Source: an uncultured bacterium (GTDB taxonomy: Bacteria > Bdellovibrionota_C > UBA2361 > CALJRW01). From it: DNA of 64,000 nucleotides. Of this stretch, positions 27,802 through 37,601 are shown one piece after another; position 1 is the stretch's first letter, and each line of letters starts with the position of its first letter. The stretch is from positions 511-64,510 of the forward strand of contig CALJRW010000023.1 of the NCBI GenBank assembly GCA_937976335.1, in the 5' to 3' direction. The notes under the pieces were generated by a model that searched no databases, had not been told where the DNA came from, and was given only the letters and a program-made list of their open reading frames with translations. The position numbers were made by a program, and so were the translations under genes.

Positions 27802-28527
27802 GCTATGCCAAATACGGATTTGGAAAATATTTTTAAACAATCTATAAGAATCAAAAAGTATGTTAACTTTTGATCTTTTACTGTTATTGCATCCAACAGG
27901 TAATATTTGAATATTTAAATCATATTTACATGCTAAAAAAAGCATTTCCATATCAAAACCAAAACGTTTTATTCTCATTTCTGGCAAGAATTTTTTGACA
28001 TCATCTGTTTTAAACATTTTAAAGCCACATTGAAGATCTTTTGTTGGAAGATTTAGAACTAATTTAGCTATAAAGTTAAAGATGCTACTTAAAAATCCTC
28101 GCCACCAAATTCTTTTAGCTTTTGTGCCATTAAATTTTTCTTTTCTTGAGCCAATAACAAAGCTTGAATTAGGTTTAGATAGTAGTTTTAGGCCTCTTTT
28201 TAGTTCTGTTGGTTCATATGCTCCATCTGCGTCCATAAATGCAGTAACTTGACCTTGCGCTTTTTCTATTCCTTTTCGAACAGCAAAACCTTTGCCGTAA
28301 TTTTTGTCAAGATTGATAATTTTAATAGTAGGATTTTTGCTTAATATATTATTAATGCTAGAAACGAGATCGTCAGTACTTCCATCGTCAACTATAATAA
28401 CTTCTATTTTTATTTCTTGTTTTCTTATGAATTTAACTAAATTTGTTAAAAAGATTGGTAAGCGTTCAGCTTCATTATAGCATGGAATTATAACAGATAA
28501 ATTAATAATATTTTTATCTGCTAACAA
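27790..28527 (-). CDS. Polyprenol-phosphate glycosyltransferase (GT2, DPM1/ArnC-like)
   Basis: 245 aa. LSVIIPCYNE, VDDGSTDD, and FMDADG. Confidence 0.8.
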   Translation of the reverse strand: MLADKNIINLSVIIPCYNEAERLPIFLTNLVKFIRKQEIKIEVIIVDDGSTDDLVSSINNILSKNPTIKIINLDKNYGKGFAVRKGIEKAQGQVTAFMDADGAYEPTELKRGLKLLSKPNSSFVIGSRKEKFNGTKAKRIWWRGFLSSIFNFIAKLVLNLPTKDLQCGFKMFKTDDVKKFLPEMRIKRFGFDMEMLFLACKYDLNIQILPVGCNNSKRSKVNILFDSYRLFKNIFQIRIWHSKKT

Positions 28528-29740
28528 AATTTGACCTTTTTAAAATAAACGTTAGTAATGTAATTGACCATAAGGTAAAAAATATTGATTCTGTGTTAGG
28601 AAAGAGTAACGTAAAATAATTTGTTATTGCAAATGATAAAAATAAACCTGAAACAATAATGATTAGAATGTAGTGATAAGAAGTTTTTTGTTTTTGATTT
28701 AAAATATAATTAATTGTTAGGGTGATTGGTAAGATAAGCATAGTTAGATCGTAAATTACCATTTGTGGTGAAAGAAAGAGAGAGATTGTAATTATTAAAG
28801 CAAAAGATAAATTTAAATTTTTTGTTTTTTTTATTGCTAAGTGAGTTAAAGTAATTAGTATAATTGTAAAAGCTAAATATATAGCTCTAATTAGTGCTAT
28901 ATTTTCTCCCATGGAGTATTTTAGAATGGCAAAGAGTCCAACACCTTTAGTTGTTGTGAGCTGTGTTCCCTTAAGTAGTTCGTTACCATAAGTGTAACCA
29001 GAAGCTTGTCTTATATAGTTAAAAAATCCATCAAGGCCAATAAATAAAATTGTTCCTAGAGTAAGCAATGTTCCTGAAATGAAAATACCAAAAATAATTT
29101 TATAGTTTTTTCTTAAAAATAGTAATATGTAAGCAAAAAAGAAAATAGGCGGTTTATAGTATGCAAAACCTAAGGAAATGCCAGCTTGAATATTTTTATT
29201 TTTTTTGAGTAAAATGTAACATAATGTATAAATCAAAAAACCTAAATTTGAAGTCTGTCCAGCACCAATACAGTTCATAGAAAATGGAATAAAGGCAAGA
29301 GAAAATAATGTGAATATTGCTGATTTAGAGAAAGAAAAATCAAGTGTTTTATAAAGGAGCGAAAGGGAGATAAAAAATAGGGTTAAGCTTAAAAACGACC
29401 AGGCGAAATATGCTTTTAGAAAAGAAAATTTAGTGAAATATGAGAATATATATGCAACTAATGGAGGATAAATAAATGGTAATGCCCACTTTTTATCAAT
29501 TTTTGATTTAAATACTTTTTTCTGTAATTCATGTTGAATTTTATAGTCATACAGATTATTTCTATTTTGATTGGCAAGTATTCCAGCTGTGTAGAAAGTA
29601 ATAAAATCTCCTCCAACCATTTCTCCATTTGCTAATATAAAGCCATCTGTATTTTTGTAATTAAAGGTGTATAATGAAGTAGTTGAAAAAAGCACTCCTA
29701 GTGTTATGCCAATTGTTAAAACTAAGAGAATTTTTTTCAT
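28514..29740 (-). CDS. Polytopic membrane protein, DUF2029/GT-C-like glycosyltransferase candidate
   Basis: 408 aa, at least 10 TM segments. The first periplasmic loop carries GGDFITFYTAG, typical of DUF2029-type GT-C enzymes. Overlaps the downstream polyprenol-P GT2 by 14 nt. Confidence 0.5.
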   Translation of the reverse strand: MKKILLVLTIGITLGVLFSTTSLYTFNYKNTDGFILANGEMVGGDFITFYTAGILANQNRNNLYDYKIQHELQKKVFKSKIDKKWALPFIYPPLVAYIFSYFTKFSFLKAYFAWSFLSLTLFFISLSLLYKTLDFSFSKSAIFTLFSLAFIPFSMNCIGAGQTSNLGFLIYTLCYILLKKNKNIQAGISLGFAYYKPPIFFFAYILLFLRKNYKIIFGIFISGTLLTLGTILFIGLDGFFNYIRQASGYTYGNELLKGTQLTTTKGVGLFAILKYSMGENIALIRAIYLAFTIILITLTHLAIKKTKNLNLSFALIITISLFLSPQMVIYDLTMLILPITLTINYILNQKQKTSYHYILIIIVSGLFLSFAITNYFTLLFPNTESIFFTLWSITLLTFILKRSNFVSR

Positions 29741-29802
29741 ATACTACTAGCATATTAACTATTATCTAGCCATGAAAGAGAAAATGTGAAGAAAGAGAAA
29801 AT

Positions 29803-30480
29803 ATGAATCAAGATGAAATGAAGCAAGCAGTCGCCGCTGAAGTAGCAACTTTAGTTAAATCTGGGCAACTTATAGGAGTTGGAACTGGTTCAACTGTTAA
29901 TTTAGCGATCAAAGAAATAGCTAAGAAAGTTAAGGATAAAAATTTAAAAGCAGAATTTGTCTGTTCTTCTCAAATCTCATCACAGTTAGTTTTAGATCTT
30001 GGATTAACAGCTATTGAATCTTCTGTTAAAAAGATTTGTGATTGGGGGTTTGATGGTGCTGATGAGGTAGATCCTAAAAGAAGAGTTATTAAAGGACGAG
30101 GTGGTGCAATGCTAAGAGAAAAAATTCTAGCATCACGTTGCAAAAAATTTATAATTCTTGTTGATGAAACTAAGTTAGTAGACAAATTAGGCTCAAAAAA
30201 ACTAATTCCAGTAGAGTTTATTCCAGAAGCTTTTTTAACAGTTGAGAAAGGATTAGAAAATCTTAATTGCAAAGAAGTTACTTTACGACAAGCTAAATCA
30301 ATTGATGGACCAGTCATTACTGAAAAAGGTAATATGATTTTTGATGTTAAATTTTCTGAAATTTCAAATGACTTGGAAAATAAAATCAAGCAAATTACCG
30401 GTGTTGTAGAATCTGGTTTATTTCTGACTCAAGTTGATGAGGTTTGGGTTGCAAAAGAAACAGGGATTCAAAAATTTTAA
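29803..30480 (+). CDS. rpiA: Ribose-5-phosphate isomerase A
   Basis: GVGTGSTV, FDGADEVD, and KGRGGAMLREK. Confidence 0.9.
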   Translation: MNQDEMKQAVAAEVATLVKSGQLIGVGTGSTVNLAIKEIAKKVKDKNLKAEFVCSSQISSQLVLDLGLTAIESSVKKICDWGFDGADEVDPKRRVIKGRGGAMLREKILASRCKKFIILVDETKLVDKLGSKKLIPVEFIPEAFLTVEKGLENLNCKEVTLRQAKSIDGPVITEKGNMIFDVKFSEISNDLENKIKQITGVVESGLFLTQVDEVWVAKETGIQKF

Positions 30481-31221
30481 ATGACTATTCTTATTAAAGT
30501 TCCTAGCGATTTTAGAATAATTGCTCATAGAGGAGGTCGTTCTTTTGCACCAGAAAATACTATTTCTGCATTTCGAATTTCAAAAGAGAAAAAAATCAAA
30601 GAGGTAGAGCTTGATACTCGATTAACATCAGACGGTATTGTTGTATTATGTCATGACGAAACGTTAGATAGATATGGGTACCCATCTTTAACTGTCGAGA
30701 GCATGACTTATCGAGAGTTAAAAAAACTTGATATGGGCTCTTGGTTTTCTTCTAAATTTAAAAATACTTCTATGTTAGCTTTAAAAGATTTATACAATGA
30801 ATTTGGAAAATCTTTTACATACCATGTCGAGTTAAAAGGTTTATGTGAGAATTTGCCAGAAATTGTATTTAGCTTAACGAAAGATAGTGATTTGTTAGAA
30901 AATACAATCTTCACTTCTTTTTCATTTGAGCAATTATCTCGTATGCGAAATATTTCTGATAAAGTTAGGCTTTCTTGGTTAGTTGATTCAATTAATAAAA
31001 ATGTTTTACTAAAAGCTAAAGAGGTAAAACTATTTCAGATTTGTCCTGCGGCTCAAAATCTTCAGAAGGAAGAAGTTAGTGCAGGGTTATCTGTAGTAGA
31101 TGAAATACGTGCATGGGGCGTCAATGGTACAGTAAAAGATGTAGCTGAGCTTACAAATAGGCTTGTTATTTTGGGTGTTAAAGGGATTACGACTATAAAT
31201 CCTGATTGGTTTCAAAAATAA
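30481..31221 (+). CDS. Glycerophosphodiester phosphodiesterase family protein
   Basis: IIAHRGGRSFAPENT and VELDTRLTSDGIVVLCHDETLDR. Starts immediately after the rpiA stop. Confidence 0.8.
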   Translation: MTILIKVPSDFRIIAHRGGRSFAPENTISAFRISKEKKIKEVELDTRLTSDGIVVLCHDETLDRYGYPSLTVESMTYRELKKLDMGSWFSSKFKNTSMLALKDLYNEFGKSFTYHVELKGLCENLPEIVFSLTKDSDLLENTIFTSFSFEQLSRMRNISDKVRLSWLVDSINKNVLLKAKEVKLFQICPAAQNLQKEEVSAGLSVVDEIRAWGVNGTVKDVAELTNRLVILGVKGITTINPDWFQK

Positions 31222-31535
31222 AAAAAATGCCCGAGAGTTTATGGCTTCTTCTCAAAAAAGCCCTCGGACATTTATTTAAAGGTGTGAGACCTTTATAAAA
31301 ACACTCTAAACTTTTTATTGATTCGGATGTAGTTATAATTTGCTAAAACTTAATTTAGTTAGTTATTTCAGCTAGAATGATCGTTCATGGGATGGTGTTT
31401 GTTTTTTTTATTTCCCCAGAAGGGATAACACGTAAAGTCCAAAAAGTAATTTCCGAAAATAAGCTTTTAGGATTTTCTACAAGAAGGTATTTTCTCAAAA
31501 AACTAATAAAATACAGATAGTTAGAAAAACAACTA

Positions 31536-31581
31536 ATAAATATATTTTACATATATCGCGATATATGTAAAATATATTTAT
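31536..31581. promoter_or_regulatory. 46-bp perfect palindrome running into the ATG of the COG1373-type ATPase gene
   Basis: ATAAATATATTTTACATATATCGCGATATATGTAAAATATATTTAT is its own reverse complement, checked base by base and centred on CGCG. The last two bases are the AT of the start codon at 31580. Confidence 0.55.
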
Positions 31582-32731
31582 GGACAATGAATTAGTAAAA
31601 AGACCTAGTTGGTTAGAAAAGATTAATAGTTTGTGGAAAAAAACTTCTATAGTTTGGCTTTCAGGTGTTAGGAGATCTGGAAAAACTACACTTGTTAAAG
31701 AAATTAAAGATGCTACTTATATAAATTGTGATTTACCGAGCGAAGTAGAAAGATTGAGAGATCCAGAAACTTTTTATTCCTCTTGTTCTTCTAAGATAGT
31801 TATTTTTGATGAAATACAAAATTTAGCTAATCCAAGCATTGTACTAAAAATCGGAGCTGATGAATTTTCTCACTTCAAGATTCTTGCAACTGGCTCATCC
31901 ACTCTTGCAGCAACTGAAAAATTTAGTGATAGCTTGACGGGTAGAAAAAGAAGCATGGAACTAAGTCCTGTTCTTTATACTGAGTTAAATAATTTTGGAA
32001 TAAAAGATTTGTCTTTTAGAATGATAAGAGGTGGATTGCCACCTTCTTTGCTTTCAAAAGAAATTGATTATGATTTTTTTGCTGAATGGCTTGATTCTTA
32101 TTACGCGCGAGACATAAGAGAATTATTTAAAATAGAAAAAAGAAGTAATTTTCTTAAATTGGTTGAAATTCTTTTGGCTAGTAATGGTGATTTAATTAAT
32201 TTAAGTAAGTTAGCTACTATGACAGAGTTGTCACGGCCTACTGTAATGACTTATCTAGAAGCGATAGAAATAAGTCACGTAGTACATATTGTTAGGCCAT
32301 TCCATGGAGGAAAGAGAAAGGAAATAGTGAAACAAGGAAAAGTGTATGGATTTGATACTGGATTTGTAGCGTATGTAAAGGGATATAAGCATTTGAGAGC
32401 AGACGATCAAGGGCTTCTATGGGAGAATATTACTTTAGATATGCTAAAAACAATTTTTCCTCGAAAAACTATTAAATTTTGGAGAGATGAAAATAAAAAT
32501 GAAATTGATTTTATTGTAGATGACAAATCTACTTTGATCGCGATTGAAGCTAAGATGGATTATAAGAGATTTAACCCTAAAGCTTTCAAACTATTTAATT
32601 CACTTTATGCTACTAAAAAGAATTTTGTTGTCGCTCCAAATGTAAGAAAGCCTTTTGTTAAAAAGTATGATTCTCTAGAAGTTCATTTTGTTAATTTGTC
32701 AGATTTAAAAGAAGCTTGCGATCTGAAATAA
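31580..32731 (+). CDS. AAA+ ATPase with DUF4143-type C-terminal domain (COG1373-like), paralog C
   Basis: 383 aa. Walker A GVRRSGKTTL and Walker B VIFDEIQ. C-terminal ...NEIDFIV...IAIEAKM restriction-endonuclease-like tail, as in the paralogs at 56818 and 59056. Confidence 0.8.
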   Translation: MDNELVKRPSWLEKINSLWKKTSIVWLSGVRRSGKTTLVKEIKDATYINCDLPSEVERLRDPETFYSSCSSKIVIFDEIQNLANPSIVLKIGADEFSHFKILATGSSTLAATEKFSDSLTGRKRSMELSPVLYTELNNFGIKDLSFRMIRGGLPPSLLSKEIDYDFFAEWLDSYYARDIRELFKIEKRSNFLKLVEILLASNGDLINLSKLATMTELSRPTVMTYLEAIEISHVVHIVRPFHGGKRKEIVKQGKVYGFDTGFVAYVKGYKHLRADDQGLLWENITLDMLKTIFPRKTIKFWRDENKNEIDFIVDDKSTLIAIEAKMDYKRFNPKAFKLFNSLYATKKNFVVAPNVRKPFVKKYDSLEVHFVNLSDLKEACDLK

Positions 32732-32775
32732 GAACTTGTTAAAAAATGAAAAGTTCTAATTTTAGTAAAGTAAAA

Positions 32776-33603
32776 TTAGAAAAATAAGCTAAAAAAACTC
32801 TGCTTATAAAAAGGCTTTTCGCCTTTAAAAATTCCAAGCATTACCGAATTTTCAGTATTCGTTCCAATTCTAATCTTAACACTTTCTTGTCCAATTAATT
32901 TTAAAGCAGCATGTCTTTTAAGTTCTTCTTTTATATTTTCAAATTTCTCTTCAGAGCCTTCTTTCACTTCAACTCCTAAAAGTAAATTACTTAATTTATC
33001 TTGCTCATCATTTTCTAAGTTTGTTCCGATTTCTCTTAATAAGAATAATTTCTTTATTAGTTTATTTGATTTAGCTTTAGTTTTAAGTGCATTTTTTAGA
33101 TCGACAAACTCATGTTCTTTCATTGACTTAATTTCAGCTGCGTAAATTTGCTCTTCTCCAAATAGTTCATCAATTATAATAGCTAATCCATCAATTCCAA
33201 ATTTCAACTGCTTAATTTCCCAAGGAGAAATTTCTTTTTCATACTCAGAACCAGGATTAACCGCTATCCACCAATCTTCAGGCATTCTTTCACACAGAGT
33301 TTTTCCATCAATTTCCTTGCAGTTAAGTTCTGAATTTGTCCACTCATAGACTTTTTCCATGCTTGAGAATACTGGAACAAAAACAGTTTCTCCTTCTAAC
33401 GCCATTACAGAAATAAAATCATTTGGATATTTTGCAAGGTTTGTAATTTGCTGTACTTGATCTCTTTTAGGAACAAATAAAGGGCCTTTTAAAAAAAACT
33501 CAAAGAAGTCTCGTGCAGATTCTTTGGATCCTTCAAATGCCTGCACTAGTGTTGCTTCAAGTTTGGAATTTCCAGAAGTATTTATAGGTTCATTGTTCGT
33601 CAA
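32776..33603 (-). CDS. Hypothetical protein, weakly SseB-like
   Basis: 275 aa. The PLFVPKRDQ...ETVFVPVFSSMEKVYEW pattern resembles the SseB N-terminal domain. Weak, by-eye only. Confidence 0.35.
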   Translation of the reverse strand: MTNNEPINTSGNSKLEATLVQAFEGSKESARDFFEFFLKGPLFVPKRDQVQQITNLAKYPNDFISVMALEGETVFVPVFSSMEKVYEWTNSELNCKEIDGKTLCERMPEDWWIAVNPGSEYEKEISPWEIKQLKFGIDGLAIIIDELFGEEQIYAAEIKSMKEHEFVDLKNALKTKAKSNKLIKKLFLLREIGTNLENDEQDKLSNLLLGVEVKEGSEEKFENIKEELKRHAALKLIGQESVKIRIGTNTENSVMLGIFKGEKPFYKQSFFSLFF

Positions 33604-33626
33604 GATTTACTTACCTAAAATATTTT

Positions 33627-34115
33627 TTAGAGTGAAGCTATTACTTTATCTGTAATATCAAAACTGGGTTTCGTAAAAAGAACAGGTCCAGGACCATCTG
33701 ATTTGTTTAAAACAATTTCAATATTATTGCTTTTAGCATAATTTTCAATTGCATTCATTGCTTTATCAGTAAGGGTTTTGTTGTACTTGCCATACTTTCT
33801 TTTTAGTTCTTCTTCTGTATCTTTAATGAATCTTTGAAGTTCTTTGCTTTTTTTTCTCATAGTTTCTATTTCTGGAGAATCAGCTTTTAAATTTTTAGAT
33901 TTTGCAGATTTTTCGAGAGCTTGTAATTCTTTCTGCTTCGCGTCAATTTTAGTACGAGCATTTTTAGATAGCTTATCAAGTTCTGATTTATGAGATTTAG
34001 ATTCGTTAAAGCTGTTAATTATTTTGTTTACATCTACTGTAGCAACTTGCTGCTCAGCATATGTAACAGAGAAAAATAATAAGCTTGATAAAATTAAAAA
34101 ACTGACTGATTTCAT
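33627..34115 (-). CDS. skp: OmpH/Skp-family periplasmic chaperone
   Basis: 162 aa. Signal peptide, VATVDVNKIINSF start, and a long K/E-rich coiled-coil tentacle region. Confidence 0.7.
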   Translation of the reverse strand: MKSVSFLILSSLLFFSVTYAEQQVATVDVNKIINSFNESKSHKSELDKLSKNARTKIDAKQKELQALEKSAKSKNLKADSPEIETMRKKSKELQRFIKDTEEELKRKYGKYNKTLTDKAMNAIENYAKSNNIEIVLNKSDGPGPVLFTKPSFDITDKVIASL

Positions 34116-34216
34116 AAAAGATCTCCTAAATAGTCGTATTTATTATGTATAATAAATATTAAGAAAGAGCAAATTCTTGTCAAAATGTACTATAGTTGGT
34201 TAACTGTTTAAAACAA

Positions 34217-34271
34217 CCCCAAGAACATATAGTTTTTCCCGCTTGAAAGCGGTAAAATCAAATGTCGTTGG
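34217..34271. repeat. REP-like palindromic element, copy 2
   Basis: CCCCAAGAACATATAGTTTTTCCCGC-TTGAAA-GCGGTAAAATCAAATGTCGTTGGC. It shares the TTTTTCC(C)GCTT...AAGCGG core and the CCAACGACATTT arm with copy 1 (21064-21119). Confidence 0.6.
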
Positions 34272-34293
34272 CTATATATACGGTGAATTAAAA

Positions 34294-35688
34294 ATGTCAA
34301 AAAATAGAATAGAAAAAGACTCAATGGGAGAAATGGAAGTACCAGAATCTGCCCTTTATGGTGCCTCCACTCAACGAGCTGTCCTTAATTTTCCTATAAG
34401 CAATCTTCGGTTCTCAAGATTGTTCATTAAGGCTCTAGGGATTATTAAAGCTTCTGCTTGTAAATCAAACTTGGATTTAGGACTTTTAGAAAAAGATAAA
34501 GCAGATGCTATTACCTCAGTTTGTCAGATGCTTATAGAAGGAGGTTTAGATGAACATTTTGTAGTAGATATATTTCAAACTGGTTCTGGAACTTCAAGTA
34601 ATATGAATGCAAATGAGGTCATTGCTAACAAAGCTTGTGAGCTTCTTGGAGGAAGTTTAGGAGATAAGTCTTTAGTGCATCCTAATGATCATGTAAATAT
34701 GTCTCAAAGTTCAAATGATGTGATCCCAACTGCAATTCATTTATCTGGAGTTTTAGCAATTGAAGAAGATTTATTGCCTTCACTTAATGTTTTAAAGTTA
34801 AGTTTTGAAGCTAAAGAAAAAGAATTTTCAAAAATTGTTAAATCAGGAAGAACTCATCTGCAAGACGCAACTCCAATAATGCTAGGTCAGGAATTTTCTG
34901 GCTATAAAGCTCAAATAGAAAATTCAATAAATAGAATTAATAATTCTAAAAAAGAATTGTTACAACTAGCTTTAGGCGGAACAGCTGTAGGAACTGGACT
35001 TAACACACATCCTGATTTTGCTAAAAAAGCAATTGCTGAAATTTCTAAAATTACAGGGTATGATTTTGTTGAAAGTAAAAATCACTTTGCTTCTCAAGCA
35101 ACGCAAGATTCAGTAGTTGCCTTTAGTGGCGAGCTAAAAGCACTTTCTTGTGCATTTATGAAAATAGCGAATGATGTGCGTTGGCTTTCTTCTGGGCCAA
35201 GGTGTGGTTTGGGAGAATTAAACTTACCAGAAATACAACCAGGGTCAAGCATTATGCCTGCAAAAGTTAATCCTGTGATATGTGAATCTGTAATGATGGT
35301 GGGTGCTCAAGTAATTGGTAATGACTCGACTATTTCAATTGCTGGACAACATGGAAATTTTGAATTAAATGTAATGCTTCCTGTTATTGCTTATAACTTA
35401 TTACAATCAATCGAACTTCTATCAAACTCAGCAAGAAATTTTTCTAAAAAATGCATAAATGGCATTACTGCTAATCCGGAAATTTGCGAAAGCTATGCAG
35501 ATAAAAGCCTAGCTACTTGCACTCCTTTAGCTCGCGTTATTGGTTATGATAAAGCTGCTAAGATTGCAAAAGAGGCTTATAAACAAGGAAAGACAGTTAG
35601 AGAAGTTGCTAAGGAAATGAAAGTATTGTCAAGTGAAGAGTTAGATAAAGTTCTTAGTTTAGACAAAATGACTAAACCTGGAATTTAG
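34294..35688 (+). CDS. fumC: Class II fumarate hydratase
   Basis: QTGSGTSSNMNANEV, HPNDHVNMSQSSND, and signature GSSIMPAKVNP. I moved the start to the ATG at 34294 because the ORF-track TTG start at 34243 lies inside the palindromic repeat. Confidence 0.85.
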   Translation: MSKNRIEKDSMGEMEVPESALYGASTQRAVLNFPISNLRFSRLFIKALGIIKASACKSNLDLGLLEKDKADAITSVCQMLIEGGLDEHFVVDIFQTGSGTSSNMNANEVIANKACELLGGSLGDKSLVHPNDHVNMSQSSNDVIPTAIHLSGVLAIEEDLLPSLNVLKLSFEAKEKEFSKIVKSGRTHLQDATPIMLGQEFSGYKAQIENSINRINNSKKELLQLALGGTAVGTGLNTHPDFAKKAIAEISKITGYDFVESKNHFASQATQDSVVAFSGELKALSCAFMKIANDVRWLSSGPRCGLGELNLPEIQPGSSIMPAKVNPVICESVMMVGAQVIGNDSTISIAGQHGNFELNVMLPVIAYNLLQSIELLSNSARNFSKKCINGITANPEICESYADKSLATCTPLARVIGYDKAAKIAKEAYKQGKTVREVAKEMKVLSSEELDKVLSLDKMTKPGI

Positions 35689-35705
35689 TTTTTTATGGTG
35701 ATTTT

Positions 35706-36230
35706 ATGGCTGGAAGTAAGTTCGAAGCAAAAATGCCAGAAGTGAAAATGATTCAAGGTAAAACTTCTTCTAATGTTATGATTACTTTAAAAACTAGAAC
35801 TCAAGCAGATATAGTAATAAGGACAGTTATATCTTTTGCAAAAAGATTAAAACAGCCTTCGAATGGAGATAGTGCCCATCCAATAAATACTCTAAGCAAA
35901 AAAGATAAAAGCGTAGATGTATTTGGAGAGGGTAAAATTAAAATGTCGATTGTCGCAGCAGAAAGTGTAATTGCCTTAAGAGATAATAGTAAAGGTAAAG
36001 ATAATCCTAGGGCTTCTTACGATCTTTGTTGTAGTTTACTTCAAGCGAAAATGATTCGTCTTAGTCTTTTACATAAAGAGTTAACATTGGAAGGGCCATT
36101 TGAATTAGAAAGATTTGAAAAAAATTTACTAGCAAGCTTGAGTAGAGTTTTAGATGTATCTGTAAGAGAATCACGTAAACTTTCTAATTCTTATGACATG
36201 AAACAAAGTCAACTTCCAAGCAAAGAATAA
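35706..36230 (+). CDS. Hypothetical protein
   Basis: 174-aa ORF immediately downstream of fumC. No motif recognised. Confidence 0.4.
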   Translation: MAGSKFEAKMPEVKMIQGKTSSNVMITLKTRTQADIVIRTVISFAKRLKQPSNGDSAHPINTLSKKDKSVDVFGEGKIKMSIVAAESVIALRDNSKGKDNPRASYDLCCSLLQAKMIRLSLLHKELTLEGPFELERFEKNLLASLSRVLDVSVRESRKLSNSYDMKQSQLPSKE

Positions 36231-36273
36231 TTTTTTGTTTGTGATTTGCAAACATTTTAGGTATGTTTTTTTT

Positions 36274-37362
36274 ATGAAAAACGTAACTCTAGTAATGCCG
36301 TTTATAATATTTTTTGTATTTATATTTCAGTCTTATGCAGAACCCTATAAAATAGGCGTCATTCTCCCTCTTTCCGGTGAAGCTGCAAGTTTTGGTGAGT
36401 CAGCAAAGAAAGGTATAAATCTTGCCTATGATAGTTTAGCTATAGAAAATCAAGAAAAGATAAAAATTATATTTGAAGATGATGCCTTAAGTCCATCAAA
36501 ATCTGTATCTGCATTTAATAAGCTAAATACACAGAATAAAATAGATGCTGTCGTTTTGTTTAGTTCGGGAGTTTCAAATGCTGTAGCTCCTTTAGCTGAA
36601 AAAAATAAAAAACTTATGTTAGCAATTGCGTCAGATAAAAAGTTTCTGAAAAATAAAAAATTTGTATTTAATCATTGGGTTACGCCTGAGAAAGAAAGTT
36701 CAGTATTGATAGATGAAATGCAAAGGCGAGGTTATAAAAGATTTGCTATGTTAGTAAGTGAACATGATGGTGCTATTGCAGTTGAAAAATCTTTTAAAGA
36801 TGAAATAAAAAAGAGAAAGCTAACTGACAATTTTGTTTTTAGTGAAAGAGTGTTAATGAGAGAAAGAGATTTTAAATCATTAATTGCTAAAATTAGAAGA
36901 AAAAATATTGATGGACTTGGACTCTGTTTATTACCTGGTTCACTTTCCTCATTTGCCAAACAAGCAAGGGCGGGAGGCTTGAGTTCAGATATTTTTGGCT
37001 ATGAAATATTTGAAGATGAGGCAGAAGTGAAAGCTTCGGGAGGAGCTCTTTACGGTTCATGGTATGTAAATGCAGATGAATCAAATAAAGATTTTAGAGA
37101 ATTGCATGAAAGAGTTTTTAACAAAGTACCTGGATATGCGTCTGCTAATATGTATGATATTATTAATTTACTTTTCTCTGGTCTTCAAAAATATGGCCAT
37201 GACAATGAAAAAATAGCAACTTATCTTGAAAACTTAAAAGATTATAAAGGTGCTGCTGGAACTTATTCAGCATCGGGGGATCATCGTTTTACATTGCCGG
37301 CTGTGGTTAAAGTGGTTACTAAAGATGGATTTGAAGTTGTTCATACAGAAGTTCAAAAATAG
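36274..37362 (+). CDS. Periplasmic substrate-binding protein, LivJ/branched-chain amino-acid-binding family (orphan)
   Basis: Signal peptide MKNVTLVMPFIIFFVFIFQSYA, then YKIGVILPLSGEAASFGESAKKGINLAYD. No adjacent permease or ATPase genes. Start set at the internal ATG 36274. Confidence 0.75.
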   Translation: MKNVTLVMPFIIFFVFIFQSYAEPYKIGVILPLSGEAASFGESAKKGINLAYDSLAIENQEKIKIIFEDDALSPSKSVSAFNKLNTQNKIDAVVLFSSGVSNAVAPLAEKNKKLMLAIASDKKFLKNKKFVFNHWVTPEKESSVLIDEMQRRGYKRFAMLVSEHDGAIAVEKSFKDEIKKRKLTDNFVFSERVLMRERDFKSLIAKIRRKNIDGLGLCLLPGSLSSFAKQARAGGLSSDIFGYEIFEDEAEVKASGGALYGSWYVNADESNKDFRELHERVFNKVPGYASANMYDIINLLFSGLQKYGHDNEKIATYLENLKDYKGAAGTYSASGDHRFTLPAVVKVVTKDGFEVVHTEVQK

Positions 37363-37601
37363 AAAGCGCATACTTTGAGTGTAGTGAAATTATTAGTCTT
37401 AGTTTAACTCTAACAATTCCTGATAATTTATTAGGTGTAAAATTTCTTAACCAATTGTGGTAAACAACAAGAGAATTATTGAAAAAATTATCCAAAGAGA
37501 TTCAAGCTGCTTAGCTTTTATGAATATTTCTTGTATTTCTAGCATCTAAAATAATACAAATACTTTTTGTATTACCCCTAAATTATTGGTATAATTAGAT
37601 T

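Noticed and set aside
31222-31290. A possible rho-independent terminator after the phosphodiesterase gene.
   Set aside because: Only 5-6-bp stems with long loops can be drawn and there is no following T-run. The evidence is too weak to annotate.
34294-35688. Aspartate ammonia-lyase instead of fumarase, because of the GSSIMPAKVNP signature.
   Set aside because: The other conserved blocks (QTGSGTSSNMNANEV, HPNDHVNMSQSSND) match FumC rather than AspA patterns.
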